The notes: a model not told the origin generated them from the letters alone. 64,000 bases of DNA from Camelus dromedarius (GCF_036321535.1 NC_087436.1:7130001-7194000), one strand, 5' to 3'; counted from the first letter of the stretch, positions 23,027-36,751 are shown. A program made the numbers and translations.

Positions 23027-25861
23027 ACAGCACACATAACAGATTTGAAAGTCTATCCTAGTATTTCTTCTTTGTGTATCTGTGTCTTCTTCTAGCCTTG
23101 GGCTACGTTCAAAATACCTTTGTGTACACCCGATTCTCAGATACTTTGATATAATTAGCTTTGTGGGGATCCTGGCTTTGGTAACTTTTTAAAAAGCCTC
23201 CCAAGCTAATAAATATACCACGTGAACATCATTGTACATAAATATTGGAGGTATGATTACACAATTTTTATTGATGAATGTATGCAATTCAAAATATTTG
23301 GAGGCCACTGGACCAGCCCATAGCACATCTGTTTTATGTCTTAGGGAACCGTGTCACAGAGCATCCCTGAGTTAGAGTCACTGTTATACAGCTGGTTTCT
23401 GCTGTAACTGGGACTACTCCAATTTCCAGATTCATAGCTCTTCCGCTGCAGTGCAAACGGTGGGTGTTTCCTATTCTAATTATTTGTGCTTGTCTGTCTC
23501 CCTCACTGAACTGTAACAACTGGGACTGTGTCCTTTTCATAATCTCACTCTCCATTGAAACTCTTCCATGTAATTCTTTGCTTACAGTAGATGATCAATA
23601 AATACGTTGAGAGCAAATAATATAATCATTTAGATTAGTTGCGTGACACCTGTTAATACACTGCACTGAGCTGTTTTTGACATTTTATACCTTGAGCACT
23701 GATAATTCATGAGTTCAGAATCTTTCTTCTTTGCACACTAGAAAGTTGAATTGGTTTTAGAGCCTTGAAACCAAAGAGGTTTGAGGATTCTTGAAAGTCC
23801 AGTACTCTTTCTGGAGTATTAAGTATTAGTAACAACAGGGATTATCTTGGTCCATGGCTGGACTATTTTTGGCTGGACAGAAAATAGTCTCAATCAGACT
23901 TGTTATTTCAAAAACTACACAATACTATGAACTTGGAGGCATCATGTGACTCCCAGTATTTGACACAAACTAAAACGAAAAAAAAATCATCACACGGGTA
24001 AGTAGTTTCTGATAATTTATATTTTATTAAAACAGAAAAAGCAATAGACAAATGCCCCAAATGCTACCTTAAATTAATGAGGTAATTCTGGCTCTAAGAA
24101 TTTTTGGTCTGGGCTCTTTCCAAAGAGAGTGAAAATATAATTGCCAAGAAAATCCAAGGAATTTTGTGGTTAGAAATATCATAGCAAGCTACCTTCTCTT
24201 AGCTGGTAGGTAGTTTGTGGTTCTAAGAAGCAGAGTACCTGGTAACTTTTTATTTGGCAAGATTAAATTCTATTCGAATACAGAAGCTTAAGGGAAAACA
24301 ACTAAAATAGCATTAAAAGTGGATTAGTCCAGAATTTTACAGAGGATCTATCTTTTTAAATCATTGTTTTTTTTTAACCTTTCATAGTCTTTAAGATATT
24401 TCTTCAAAGCAGACAAGTTGAATCTCTTCTGTGTGAATTTTTTAAATTTAAAATTATAACGTCAATTATATCTCAATGAAATTTTAAAAATTCACAACAA
24501 AATAAAAAATACAAGAAGAGCCCATTTCATTAGTCTAACAGTCTGCTCTAGAATCATCCTCTTTTATCAATCAGGAAACCTTGCTGTTGGCTTGATGATG
24601 AGCTGAAGCCACAGGTTTTGTTTTATGCGAAACGTGCTTCAGTTAAGATTTTCCAGGCTGACCCCTGCTGGCTTGAAATGTACCGTCCTGGGCTCTCGCG
24701 TTCTTCTTTTGCTCTTGCCAAGTCTCGGCCAAATACTAACCTCCTTGTGAGGTATTGTAGTGCCCGAGGGCATGCTTTCTGGGCTTGTTCGCGTATGGAG
24801 AGAGTTAAGTATAGACCAATCTCCCTGCACTTCTGCTCAGCCTTGCCCTCCTGAGAAGCAGGGATCGGGGTTGGACAACATGAGTGATGAGGAATTTAAA
24901 CCTGTGGACAGATGGTGTGAAACCAGCCCTCCCAGAACCACTGCTAGAAAGGATTATGGTATGTGCATGTCGCCCACCTACCCTTAAGGTCCTCGAGAGC
25001 GGTGTTTTTCATCTTTATACTCCCGGCTGTTGTCTGAGTGTGCTTGACTTAGACTGCTGGCATTTATCAAACCATTGTTGAATGAATTACGAACGTGTCA
25101 TCGTGGGCTTCGTTATAGAGGGATAACCCCTGACTTGTCCTCTCCCTTTTACAAGTCATCCTTTCTCTGTCATTTCTGCAGCCTTCTTAGGGAAATTAAA
25201 AAGCAAATTTGTTTTGGTTTTTCATTGTTAGTGGGAATTTAGTCCATGGAAGTAGGACTGAAAGAAACTTAGGGCAAGTCTCACAACTTCTCTGCTCACA
25301 CTCCAGGAAGGAAATGCTCGCCAGTCAGTAATTAAAATGCCCTGTTGCAGTAAAGTATCAATTCTAATGACATTAAACGAGTCCTCCTTGTTGTGGGAAA
25401 GGGACATGGTCGGGAGACGGGGCGAGGGGAAAGGTCTAGACTCTGATCTGGTGCTGGTTTCCTCTGGCTTTGGCCCAAGTTCAATGCTTGTTCTTTTTCT
25501 CCTGGTCCCTCCTCAACTCTGTCTCTTGGGATTTGTCCCCGGCAGTTCCCAGGACCCGGCTGATGTCTCTGCTCCCGCCAGGCGCTTCCTGGTGAATGAC
25601 TTCCTGTTCTCTGCCTGGATGTCTTCTCGGAGGGCACCAGCCCCTCCTCCTCACTCTGTTAATCTGTGTACTTTCCACGGCAGATGCTGGATCACCAAGG
25701 ATCCCAACTGACACCAGTTCCTCTTGACTCGTGATGAAAGTTGGAGTTCTGTGCGGATAGTTTCATAGGTAGATGTAGTTTTTGGTGTATTCGTTGGAGA
25801 GGGTGAGCTACTGGTCCTTCTATTCTGCCATCTTGGCAGTCTCCCCGAAAGGGGGAGTTCT

Positions 25862-25945
25862 GAGGGTAACTAACCATCCCAGGTAAACTGGGATGGTTCT
25901 GGCTGTAGCCTGGCCACTCCGATTCCCAGAAACCCCTCCCTGGGA
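25862..25945. mobile_element. MER81/Blackjack-like hAT remnant
   Basis: 'agggtaactaaccatcccaggtaaactgggatggtt...cccagaaacccctc' resembles the Blackjack-type TIR. Confidence 0.4.
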
Positions 25946-26174
25946 TGCAAAAGTCCTGGCTTTCTGCAGTGGGTGTGGCATGTTGAGAAAAAAGCACAAA
26001 ACCCACGTGGGTTTGCAGGCACAACCCCTCCCCCCAAATAGGGACTGAAAACAACATAATTTCAGTGTTAAGCAGACATAGCAGAGATTATCCCATAACT
26101 TCTGTCATAGTCATGATTTGTAGTGCACAACGCAGCCTTCATAATTGTGTCATCGCAGGTGATGCAAATCTAAG

Positions 26175-26516
26175 TGCCGACATAGACTCTCTCCTTGACC
26201 AAGTTTTCACTTGGCTCCTCTGAGCCCTCTTCTAGGGCTCAGCCCTCAACCTTGGCACAAGAGAACCGCCAACTCTCAGCACAAGTGATTTCACCCACTC
26301 CCCCCACTAAGAGATTTGGACAGACACACGTCTCGTTTCTAGCAGCTTGTGGTCACATCCCTAACATGATGATGCCTCCAGCTGCCTTAAGAATCTGTCT
26401 TAGAAAGCTCAGCACTGCCAAGAGAATTGACTGTCTGTTCCAGCCAGTGCCTCCTACAGACCCTGGACCTCCTTTAGAAACATTTCCTTAAAAAAAAAGG
26501 AAGAAAGGAAGAAAAA

Positions 26517-26595
<79 letters not shown>

Positions 26596-26955
26596 GAAGG
26601 AAGGAAGGAAGGAAGGAAGGAAGGAAGGAAGGAAGGAAGGAAGAAAGAAAACTTGCAATTGTAAATTCTTTTCCTTTCCTATATCTTTTACAATCCAAGG
26701 AACCAGTGCCTCCCAGTCTCTGCGGAGGGTAGGTGCCTAACTTTGATAAGCAGACAGATGGCTAATCACATCGATTGCCCCCTTACAAACCTTCACAGTT
26801 CTTCCTTTAGCATATCCCAGCATTTCAGAAGCCTCCTGTCCTTCATTTCAGCAGCGCTGAGCTTGACTGAGACTGAGTTCTCTCCCCTATTGTAGGATTA
26901 CTGAATACAATCTGTCTTACCTTTCACTTGTGTCTGGCTTGGTTTCTTTTTGACA
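26175..26955 (+). mobile_element. ERV1 solo LTR (MER39/MER34-like) containing a compound microsatellite
   Basis: Start 'tgcc..atagactctctccttgaccaag...ggctcctctgagccctcttct', end 'tctcccctattg...tttctttttgaca'. Confidence 0.75.
26489..26651. repeat. Compound (GAAA)n(GGAA)n microsatellite
   Basis: Directly visible. Confidence 0.97.
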
Positions 26956-27244
26956 GTGTGCACCTTAAGTGTGTTGTAATTGTGCACGTTAACAGTCCAT
27001 CTTCAATTCTGAATTAACTGTGCTTCGTATGGAGACTGAGCAAGTTTAATTTTTAAAATCGTGAACATTGTGATTGTGTTTTCTAGGGATTCAGTTCGTG
27101 AAAACGAGAACGATTACAATGACCAATGCCAGCATAACTCAGACATCACTGAAAAAAGAATAACTGTGTCACTTTGATGACAGAGAGGATACGTAAAACC
27201 AAATTAAGGAGGTAAAACATCTACACAGACTGTATAGCATACAT

Positions 27245-27903
27245 TCCCCACCCTGTAGGCATACGTTTGTTTTCTATGTCTGTGAGTGTGTTTCTGTTTT
27301 ATAGATGAGTTCGTTAGTGTCTTCTTTTTTCCTTTTTTAGATTTCACATATGAGTGATATCGTATGGTATTTTTCTTTCTTTGTCTGGCTTACTTCACTT
27401 AGTATGACAATCTCCAGGTCCATCCATGTTACTGCAAATGGCATTATTTTATTCTTGTTTATGGCTGAGTAGTATTCCATTGTATAAATATGCAACTTCT
27501 TTACCCAGTCATCTGTTGATGGACATTTAGGTTGTTTCCATGTCTTGGCTATTGTAAATAGTGCTGCTAGAACCTTGGTGTGCATGTGTATTTTCGAATG
27601 AGAGTTCTCTCTGGATATATGCCCAGTAGTGGGATTGCTGGATCTAGAGTAAGTCTATTTTCAGCTTTTAAAGGAATCTCCATACTGTTTTCCACAATGG
27701 CTGCACCAAACTGCATTCCCACCAACAGTGTAGGAGAGTTCCCTTTTCTCCACACCCTCTCCAGCATTTATCTCTTGTGGACTTTTTTGAATGATGGCCA
27801 TTCTGACTGGTGTGCAGTGATACGTCAGTCTAGTTTTGATTTGCATTTTTCCGGTAATTAGCGATATTGAGTATTTTTTTCCTATGCATATTGGCCATTT
27901 GTA
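27245..27903 (-). mobile_element. L1 ORF2 C-terminal/3'UTR fragment lacking its poly-A end
   Basis: [39 protein letters not shown]. Confidence 0.92.
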
Positions 27904-28090
27904 CAAAGACATCTATTTTCATATTAAAGTAATAACATATATATCTAATTATTTATTCTGTGTTGTATTTCAGGTTTCAGGTCTCGTGTGGCTATGGCGT
28001 GACTGCTGTCTTAAAGATCTGATCATTCCAAGTACTATCAACTCCTCTCCATTGGGATAGAATTATAGTTTGCTGACCTCTCTGTTTCAT

Positions 28091-28121
<31 letters not shown>

Positions 28122-28314
28122 CATATGCAGAGCAAGCCCCCCAGGCCTGTCATATCACACCCTTGACTTGGGTAAACACTGCAATGTAAGGTGCGCACTT
28201 CCATGGAAAATCCTGTGTTGACATCTTGATCTTCACCTTGGAGTGAGTCACCGAGGTGCCTCAGGCTCTGTTTCCTGCATTTAACAAACAACATTTGATT
28301 TATTCTCTAAATTT

Positions 28315-28456
28315 CTTTTTTTTTTAAATTTTCTTTCTATTTTATTTATTTTTAATTCTTTTTCTTTTCTTTTTTTTAAATGGAGGTACTGGGGATTGAA
28401 CCCAGGACCTCGTGCATGATAAGCATGCTCTCTACCTCTGAGCTATACCCTCCCAC
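28315..28456 (-). mobile_element. Vic-1-type SINE
   Basis: Antisense head; perfect TSD attctctaaatttct. Confidence 0.93.
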
Positions 28457-29019
28457 ACATTCTCTAAATTTCTAATAAGCTTTCTCTCACTCTGTACAAC
28501 CCAATGGATGGTCCTGTCTCTGAAAACTGATTCAGTAAAGCTTTATGAATTCTCCATCTTTGTATTTTCAAGAACAAACACACACCTGGACCTCCCTTTA
28601 GGGCACAGACTCCACCAGGACATTGTACCTACTATTCATTAGGGAAACACTCAGGAGGCTTGTGCCTCTGGTAGTGGAACAAATCAGCCTCAGGGTGCCC
28701 TCGTCTGCCTCAGGAGATGTAGAAGAGCTTTCATCATTCACTGTGGCTGGTATTTGAAAAGCTGCCCATTTCCTTATCCATTTTAATGCATCATTTGCTT
28801 ACAGTTTTTAAATATTTAATATTTAGAAGAAAAACCGACTGGATTCATTAACAAAGGCTTTGTGTGGTTAACTATTTGTGGACTGCGTTCCCTTGGGATG
28901 GCTGGCCTCGCTAAGAGTCTAGTCTTCTTCTCCAGGGGACCAGTCGACAGTCACTGGGACAGAAGGAAAGTCTGCATATTGCTTTTCCAAGGTTGTTTCC
29001 ATTTTCATAGATCATACAT

Positions 29020-29445
29020 ACTGTCACACGATTCAAAATCTAGAGAATATAAAAAGCATACAGTAAAATTCTTCACTCCGCTCCTGCAGTGATGACGCCC
29101 TCCCCCCATCCACTTCCTAGGAGACCACCCACGCCATCAGTTTCCTGTAAGCCTTCCACGAGCATTTTATGCATATGCAAGCACATAGTCTCCTGTGTTT
29201 CCCCCTCCTCAAAAATGGTAGCTTGTTATTTTACATCCTGTACTAAACATGGCTTTTTTTTTCCTCTTTCAAAATGCATCTTGGGTATCTTCAATACCCT
29301 TACTTAAAGAACTTTCTCATTCTTTCTAATGGCTTCAAAGTATCCGTTTTATGGATGTACCCAAAATTATCTAACCAGGTGTTTACTGAAGAATTCATAG
29401 GTGATTCTAATCTTCTGCTGTTGCAAATGGTGCTGCAATAAAGAA
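29020..29445 (-). mobile_element. Old L1 (L1ME-like) fragment; continues at about 31075-31350 and 31920-32000
   Basis: 'ctcattctttctaatggct...gtatccgttttatggatgtacc...ttatctaacca'. Confidence 0.65.
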
Positions 29446-29457
29446 GCCTGTATCTCA

Positions 29458-29598
29458 GAGGGAGGGTATAGGTCAGGGGTAGAGTGCCTACTTAGCATGC
29501 ATGAGGTCCTGGGTTCAATCCCCAGTCCCTCCATTAAAAAATAATAATAAACAAGTGAATACATAAACCTAATTACCCCCCCAAAAAGAACAAAAAGA
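29458..29598 (+). mobile_element. Vic-1-type SINE whose tail is interrupted by an antisense L1
   Basis: Head at 29458; TSD aagcctgtatct at 29445 recurs only at 31063. Confidence 0.9.
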
Positions 29599-31059
29599 TT
29601 TTTTCAACATTTTTTATTGATTTATAATCATTTTACAATGTTGTGTCAAATTCCAGTGTAGAGCACACTTTTTCAGTTATACATGAACATATATATATAT
29701 TCATTGTCACATTTTTTTCTCTGTGAGCTACCATAAGATCTTGTATATATTTCCCTGTGCTATACAGGATAATCTTATCTATTCTACAATTTTGAAATCC
29801 CGTCTATCTCTTCCCACCCTCTGCTCCCTTGGCAACCACAAGTTTGTATTCTATGTCTATGAGTCTATTTCTGTTTTGTATTAATGCTTTTTTTTTTGTT
29901 TTTGTTTTAGATTCCACATATAAGCGATCTCATATGGTATTTTTCTTTCTCCTTCTGGCTTACTTCACTTAGAATGACATTCTCCAGGAGCATCCATGTT
30001 GCTGCAAATGGTGTTATGTTGTCGGTTTTTATGGCTGAATAGTATTCCATTGTATAAATATACCACACCTTCTTTATCCAGTCATCTGTTGATGGACATT
30101 TAGGCTGTCTCCATGTCTTGGCTATTGTAAATAGTGCTGCTGTGAACATTGGGGTGCAGGTGTCATCCTGAAGTAGGGTTCCTTCTGGATATATGCCCAG
30201 GAGCGGGATTCCTGGGTCATACGGTAAGTCTATGCCTAGTCTTTTGAGGAATCTTCATACTGTTTTCCACAGTGGCTGCACCAAACTGCATTCCCACCAG
30301 CAGTGTAGGAGTCTCCTTTTCTCCACAGCCTCTCCAGCATTTGTCATTTGTGGATTTTTGAATGATGGCCATTCTGACCAGTGTAAGGTGATACTTCATT
30401 GTAGTTTTGATTTGCATTTTTCTGATAATTAGTGATTTTGAGCATTTTTTCATGTGCTTATTGATCATTTGTATGTCTTCTTTGGAGAATTGCTTGTTTA
30501 GGTCTTTTGCCCATTTTTGGATTGGGTTGTTTGGTTGTTTCTTATTAAGTCATATGAGCTGCTTATATATTCTGGAGATCAAGCCTTTGTCAGTTTCATT
30601 TGCAAAAATTTTCAACAAACCCGTTCCGTAGGTTGTCTTTTTGTTTTACTTCTGGTTTCCTTTGCTGTGCAGAAGCTTGTAAGTTTCATTAGGTCCCATT
30701 TGTTTATTCTTGTTTTTATTTCTATTGCTTGAGTAGACTGTTCTAGGAGAACATTTTTGAGATGTATGTCAGATAATGTTTTGCCTATATTTTCTTCTAG
30801 GAGGTTTATTGTATCTTGTCTTATGTTTAAGTCTTTGATCCATTTTGAAGTGATTTTTGTATATGGTGTAAGGGAGTGTTCTAGCTTCATTGCTTTACAT
30901 GCTGCTGTCCAGTTTTCCCAACACCATTTGCTGAAGAGACTGTCTTTATTCCAATGTATATTCTTGCCTCCTTTGTCAAAGATGAGTTGACCAAAAGTTT
31001 GCGGGTTCATTTCTGGGCTCTCTATTCTGTTCCATTGGTCTATATGTCTGTTTTTTTTT
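29599..31059 (-). mobile_element. Young L1, 5'-truncated (~1.45 kb), ORF2 C-terminus disrupted
   Basis: [21 protein letters not shown]...[13 protein letters not shown]...KWIKDLNIR...[16 protein letters not shown]. Confidence 0.96.
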
Positions 31060-31353
31060 AAAAAGCCTGTATCTTGACCTTTCCCCAAGTTTGTGAATGT
31101 GTCCTATGATAAATTACAAGTCGACTTGAAGGACGAGAGGGATGTCTTTTTAAATCTTGCCAGATACTTAAAAAATCACTGTCCACAGAAATTTCCCTAA
31201 TTTAACTGCCGCTAGTAATTTCTGCGAACAGCTGTTTCCCATACCCTTGCTCACACAGCATCACTTTCAGTTCTCTCCTTTGTCAAAGTGCCAAGTGAGT
31301 AAGTAATATCTTGACAGAGCTTTTAATGTGCACTTTTTCTGAGTGAGCTGGAA

Positions 31354-31918
31354 TGTTTTATTAGCTTCTGCTGTTGAATAACAAATTACCACAGATGTCG
31401 TGGTTTTAACAACACAGACGTCTGCTATCTCAGTTTCCACGGATCAGGAGTCTGGGCACAGGTACTCTGCCCAGAGTCTCACCATTGAAGTGGTGACTGG
31501 GCTGCGTTCCCAGGTGGATGTTCAGCTGGGAAGGCTTGGCTTCCGGGCTCCGTAAGTAGGTTGCAGAATTCAGTTCCTTGCAGTTGTAGGACTGAGGTCA
31601 CCATTTTCTTGCTGTCTTCCAGCTGGGAGTCTCTCTCGGGTCATCGACGCTGCTGCTGTTCTGTGCCACGTGGCCCGTACGCGGCAGCTTACTTACAGTC
31701 AGCGGGAGACTCGGTCTGCTGAGACAGAGTCTGACATCACCTCTTGCCGTCAAGGGAGTGACGATCCATCATCTCTACTTTATAGTGTAACTTACTCAAG
31801 GGGATGTCTCTCCCCTCAAATTCATAGCTCCCACTCGCACTCAGGAGGAGGCGATGAGGAAGGCGGGCTTCACCAGAGAGCAGGAGTGTAGGGTCATTTT
31901 AGAATCCTGGCTCTCACA
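31354..31918 (-). mobile_element. MaLR LTR (MLT1E/F-like)
   Basis: 'aacaaattaccacag...tctcagtttccacggatcaggagtctgggcacag...gcagaattcagttccttgcagttgtaggactgaggtc'. Confidence 0.8.
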
Positions 31919-32534
31919 AGCATTTTTTCATAAGTTTAAAGGCCATTTGTAGTTCCTTTCTGTAAACTGTCTTTTGATAGTCTTTGTCTGATTTTTTTCA
32001 CATCTTCTGAAAATAGCAAGGGTGCATACATGAGTACAAGTAAAGGAGAGAATTCACTGGACAGGCTTTCCCCTTCACAGAAGGGCAAGTGGGTCTGAGA
32101 TCCGCTTTGGAGGACTGCTGTTTTGTCAAACTGAGACCCGTCCTCTGCCTCCGAATCCCCTCGGCTCACTGAGGGTGGGCTCGTTGACTTCACGTCCTGT
32201 TTCTCCCAATCAAGGTCTCCATCTCGATTTAAGGTTGGGGGAGTGTTAAGCAGGTGCAATTCAATGCTATTTTAATATCAGAACTCTTACCGCTCATCTG
32301 GATAAACCTCACCCCTGCCTCTTGTGCAACCTCATTATGCCACTTGCAGCTGAATTTCCACAATAACAACGAAGTGTCCTGGTACTAGTATAAAACACTA
32401 CAACTGGAACCATCAGCAGGTCTGGGGCCCAGACACTGGGACCTTGTGTGTGTGTTTGTGTGAGGTTCAGAAGTGAGAGAGGACACTGGATAAGCCCGCA
32501 GGCAAAAGGAACCAAAAAAAGCAATATTAGGCAA

Positions 32535-32755
32535 TATTAGCTAACATTTACATTGCATTGGCTCTGTGCAGGCCTTTTCCTAAGCATGTTTACGTTTATC
32601 AACTCATTTCATTCTTATAGCAATCCACGAGGGAGACACCATTAACCTCCTCATTTTAAAGATAAAACTGAGGCACTGAGAGGTTAAGTCAATTGTCCAA
32701 GGTAGAGCAGGATTTGAATCTCAGACGTCTGGTCCTAAAGCCTATCCTGTTAATC
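32535..32755 (-). mobile_element. MIR SINE
   Basis: 'ctcattttaaagataaaactgaggcactgagaggttaagtcaattgtccaagg'. Confidence 0.8.
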
Positions 32756-32913
32756 GTTAAGTAACCAACAGCACAGAGCGAAGCTGAGAATTCCAGTTAC
32801 TAGGAAGAGATCCCTGAGCCATTATCTGGAATGACTGATCCCCGAGTCCTGGAGGTGGTGACTTTATCCCCCTCCTCTGCTGGGGAAAGGCAGCTACAGG
32901 GTATATTTCCCCT

Positions 32914-33030
32914 GCTATGGCCTGAATGTTTGTGCCCTCCTCTCCCCCCTCCCCACCCCCAAATTCACACATTGATGTTTAACGCCAGTGTGATGGTGTT
33001 AGGAGGAGGGGCCTTTGGGAGGTGATTGGA
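32914..33030 (+). mobile_element. MLT1A-like LTR 5' fragment
   Basis: 'tgctatggcctgaatgtttgtg...ggggcctttgggaggtgattgga'. Confidence 0.7.
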
Positions 33031-34079
33031 CCACTTTTTTATTAGCTCCTAACATTTGGGGTTAGTTCTAGAGGGTTCATAATGGGACCAATGATGGTGA
33101 TAAAGATGCTCTTACTAGCACGACTATGACTAAAATTAAAGATACTCTCCAAAACCAGCAACGGTGAAGATAATAAAAATAGTAGCAAATAGTGCCAGGT
33201 AGTATGCTGAGCGCTTTTTATATATTATCTCATTAAATCTTCTCAACAACCTGAGGTGAGGACTTTGATTTTCTAGGACTGTTGACTTTTCCAGTTTTTT
33301 TTTTTCCCACTTAAGTCACAGAGCCAAATTGAGGTACTCTGTTCTCGTTGACAGTAAGCAGAAATCTAAGGCGAGGAAATCAGAACGGTGGAGAAAGTTG
33401 CGGAGAGTAAATGTGTAAATATTTGGACAAGTGGTTTGTGTTATAAACTGCTATACGGATGAAAAGTATGTATTACCTACCCTGATGTTGTTCTGTCCTG
33501 AAGGTAGTTAAAAGGCCAGCAGGCAGAAGCAAGTCTGCCCTAGCCCCCTGGATGACTGGCTCAGCGATGCCGGACTGACCCCTCCCCGGGGACCTGTGCA
33601 GATTAGAAGGCGGGAGGGAAGTCAGACCCTCCAAATGCGTAATCCCCAGTCTGCAATGGAGACCAAAATGTTACCCCCCTGTTTTTTTCCTGGAAGCAGT
33701 AACTCCCCCCACCCCTCCCCAGAGAACCGAGAGTTAACTCAATTTGAACAAAACTTCCCAGTCCAGACTCACACACTGGCCTTGTTTAAGCTTCCAACAC
33801 TCCAAACTGCCTATCTTCCATTAGTTCTGTTTGATGCTGCATCTTCTAGAAACGGAAATGCTTATACCCCCGGGATGCAGAGAGGCTAACGGAGTCATGG
33901 GTGAAGTGCAGTGCTCTTGAGATAAGGATTTGCTCAGCTACTACGATTGTCAAGGACTGGCTTGAGAATTTCCACAAATATTCCCTTGAGTGGATAATGC
34001 AGATTTCATAAGAAAGTCATACAACTAGGGAAGGGAGAAGCCCCTCCCCCGACCACACAGCTTTCCTTTCCAAAATATC

Positions 34080-34491
34080 CTGGTGGTGCTCCAGTGCTTA
34101 CAGAGTCAAGCCCCAAACACATGAGCCACCATTCAAGGTCCACTGAAACTGAACCCCAAGCAACCTTGTCAGTCCCTGCACTTTCCTACCAGGCAGCAGG
34201 GTAGCGGTGGTGGAATTCACATCCTGCGGGTGAATCTTTGACCAAGGGGGAGACCAGAACCCGCTTTCCAGTTCCACAAAATGAGCTACCGACCTCAGAT
34301 GCATTCTGCTCGAGGGCTGCAGCAGTGAGTTGCACTGAGCAGTGACCTGCTCAGCCCTCTTCTCACACTGGCTCTCCTCCCTTCCCTGCATCCCCACTTT
34401 TGCCCCTCACTTCTGCTCCTGAATCCAGCAGTGACGGTGCACAACGACTTCTCTGCCTCGGGCTCTGCTTTCTGGAGAACCCAGTTAAGAC
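34080..34491 (+). mobile_element. Old ERVL-class LTR (LTR16/LTR33-like)
   Basis: 3' end 'ctcgggctctgctttctggagaacccagttaagac'. Confidence 0.5.
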
Positions 34492-35161
34492 CTCCTCATT
34501 TCCGCCTATCAAAACCCTCATCATGAATTCAGTCATCTTATTCTGAGATCATCATTTGAGGCCAATATAAGATTACGGAGAAAGAAAGGGGCTGAGAATC
34601 CACACTGGTTTTTAATGCTGGTCCCGCCGCTTACAGGCTGTGTGAAGTTGGATACCACAGGGCAGCTTGTTCACATGTCCTGTGGTGCTCCTGCCAGCTG
34701 GATACCCGAAAGCTGAAACGTGCATTCTCTAAACAACGATGCAGCTAGCATCCTGGAGGTGAGTCAGATGCGTGAGATCTGAAAGGCAGAACTGACTGGT
34801 CGGAGACCGTCTTCCTCCTCCTCCTCGGCTTCTACAGGTGGGCAAGGCTACAGCGGTGTTCCCATGACGACGTTCCATCATCCTGCCTGTGGAGTGGCGG
34901 CTATGACGGCAAATGGTCTGAATCTTCGCTCTCCGTCTCCCTGATGAGAATAAAATGAACAAGGAGCTATTTTCAGTCCGCGAAAGAGTATGGTTACATA
35001 ACCAGTGAACCTGAAGGTGGGTCTTTCAGAACAGCTTTCGAGGAACAACATCTGGGTTGGTCCGGAGACTGGCGTCACTGAAGAAGCAAAGATGTGCAAC
35101 AATTTTTCCTTTTTCTGGAGTGTTGCTTCTCCTTCCCAGAAGAATTCCTTAAAGCCTAATC

Positions 35162-35310
35162 TTTTTTTAAAAAATCAATTAATTTTTAAATTTATTTTTC
35201 TAAAGGGGAGATAATTAGGTTTGTTTATTTTAATAGAGGCACTGGGGATTGAAGCCAGGACCTCATACATGCTAGGCAGGAACTCTACCCTTGAGCTAGA
35301 CCCCACCCAT
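35162..35310 (-). mobile_element. Vic-1-type SINE (long form)
   Basis: TSD ccttaaagcctaatctt / ccttagagcctcatctt. Confidence 0.92.
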
Positions 35311-36751
35311 CCCTTAGAGCCTCATCTTGGCTCTGCCATTAGTTGAGATGTGACTGTGAGTAAAGCACTTGGATTCTCTCAGCCTCTGTCCACTTCAGTA
35401 ACATGTAAATGATGATTCCAACCCCGTGTGGGGTCACAGGTGTGACAGTGTCTGAGACTGTCTGCCTGAAAGCCTTTGGCTGTGAGCATGTCTGTCCATC
35501 TCTGTGTGTAAATAGATCCGTGTGGGTCTTTGTGTGTGTGTGTGTGTGTGTGTATGTAGCTTTCACATCTGTAAATATGCTCACTTGTGCATCTGTGAGT
35601 TTTCATGGACTCATGACTGTGTTCATGAACAAGTTTGTGTGCTCATTGCTGGTGGGTGTCATTGCTTGTGGGGGTGTGTGTTATGCACGTGATGGCAGGT
35701 GTAAAGTCAGATTTTGAATTCAAATTGTCCAAATTCAAAACACTACTCATAATCAATACGGGCATTTCGTGGTCCAGACATCTATTTTATAGAAGACATG
35801 AAAATAGGAGGCAGGGAGCTTGCTAACAGTGTCACATAAGAGGAAGGAAAATATTGACACTTTAAGAAAGTATGTGAAATTTTCAGCAAGGGTGCAAAGT
35901 CTATTCTGCGGGGGAAGCATGGTCTCTTTAACAAATGATGTGGGTACAATTGCGAAATGACTTCCAACCCAGGAGTCCCTGTCCTGGGAAACCATCTGTC
36001 AAGTGCGATGGTGGGATACAAACATTTTCAGACATGCAAAAATTTTACTTCCTGTGGGCGCTTTCTGCAGAAATGGCGGGAGGATGTGTTCCCATCAAAA
36101 CTGTGGGAAAAAAAAATAAGCAAAAGAAATGGCACAACACCCAGGAAATGGGGTTTCCCTCCAGGGGAGCAGCAAATGAAAAATCCTGGGAACAGCTGGA
36201 CAGGAAGTCTGGAAACGACCACCCCACATTAGAGTAAAAAGACTGATGATTCTAGGACGGAGGTCTGCAGGATAAAAAAATGCAGATGGTATTTTGATAA
36301 TTTGGACCATGGAATAAATAGGTCTGAGAGAAAATGTTTATGGGAAATGGAGTAAATTTTTAAAAAGTGAGGAAATGATGGACTCCAGGAAAAACAAAAT
36401 CTGCACACAAAGGAAATACAGTTGGAGGACACTACTTCACACAACAGGGACTATATTTAAAGTTACAGTAAGTAAGGTGGATACTAAATACTGATTTAAC
36501 TCAAAATTATGATACAGCTTTACAGGAAGGTGCAGGATGCAAACCTCATCTTCCATTGTAAGTGGTCAGTGTAATGTGCAAAATTAATGAATCAAGGGAT
36601 GTTGATAAAAATAACATTTTTTAAGAAGGAGTTAAATAATCCAATTAGTAGCTTTTAAGATTTTTTTTAAAAAAAGATTTAAAAGTGGTTGCTCTGGGAG
36701 GCAGGAGTTGAGGACAACAGAAAGTGGAGGACATAAATTTATGTCTGCTTC

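Noticed and set aside
30612..31088. 158-aa ORF as a protein-coding gene
   Set aside because: It is a fragment of L1 ORF2p in a 5'-truncated, frameshifted copy, and its ATG lies outside the element
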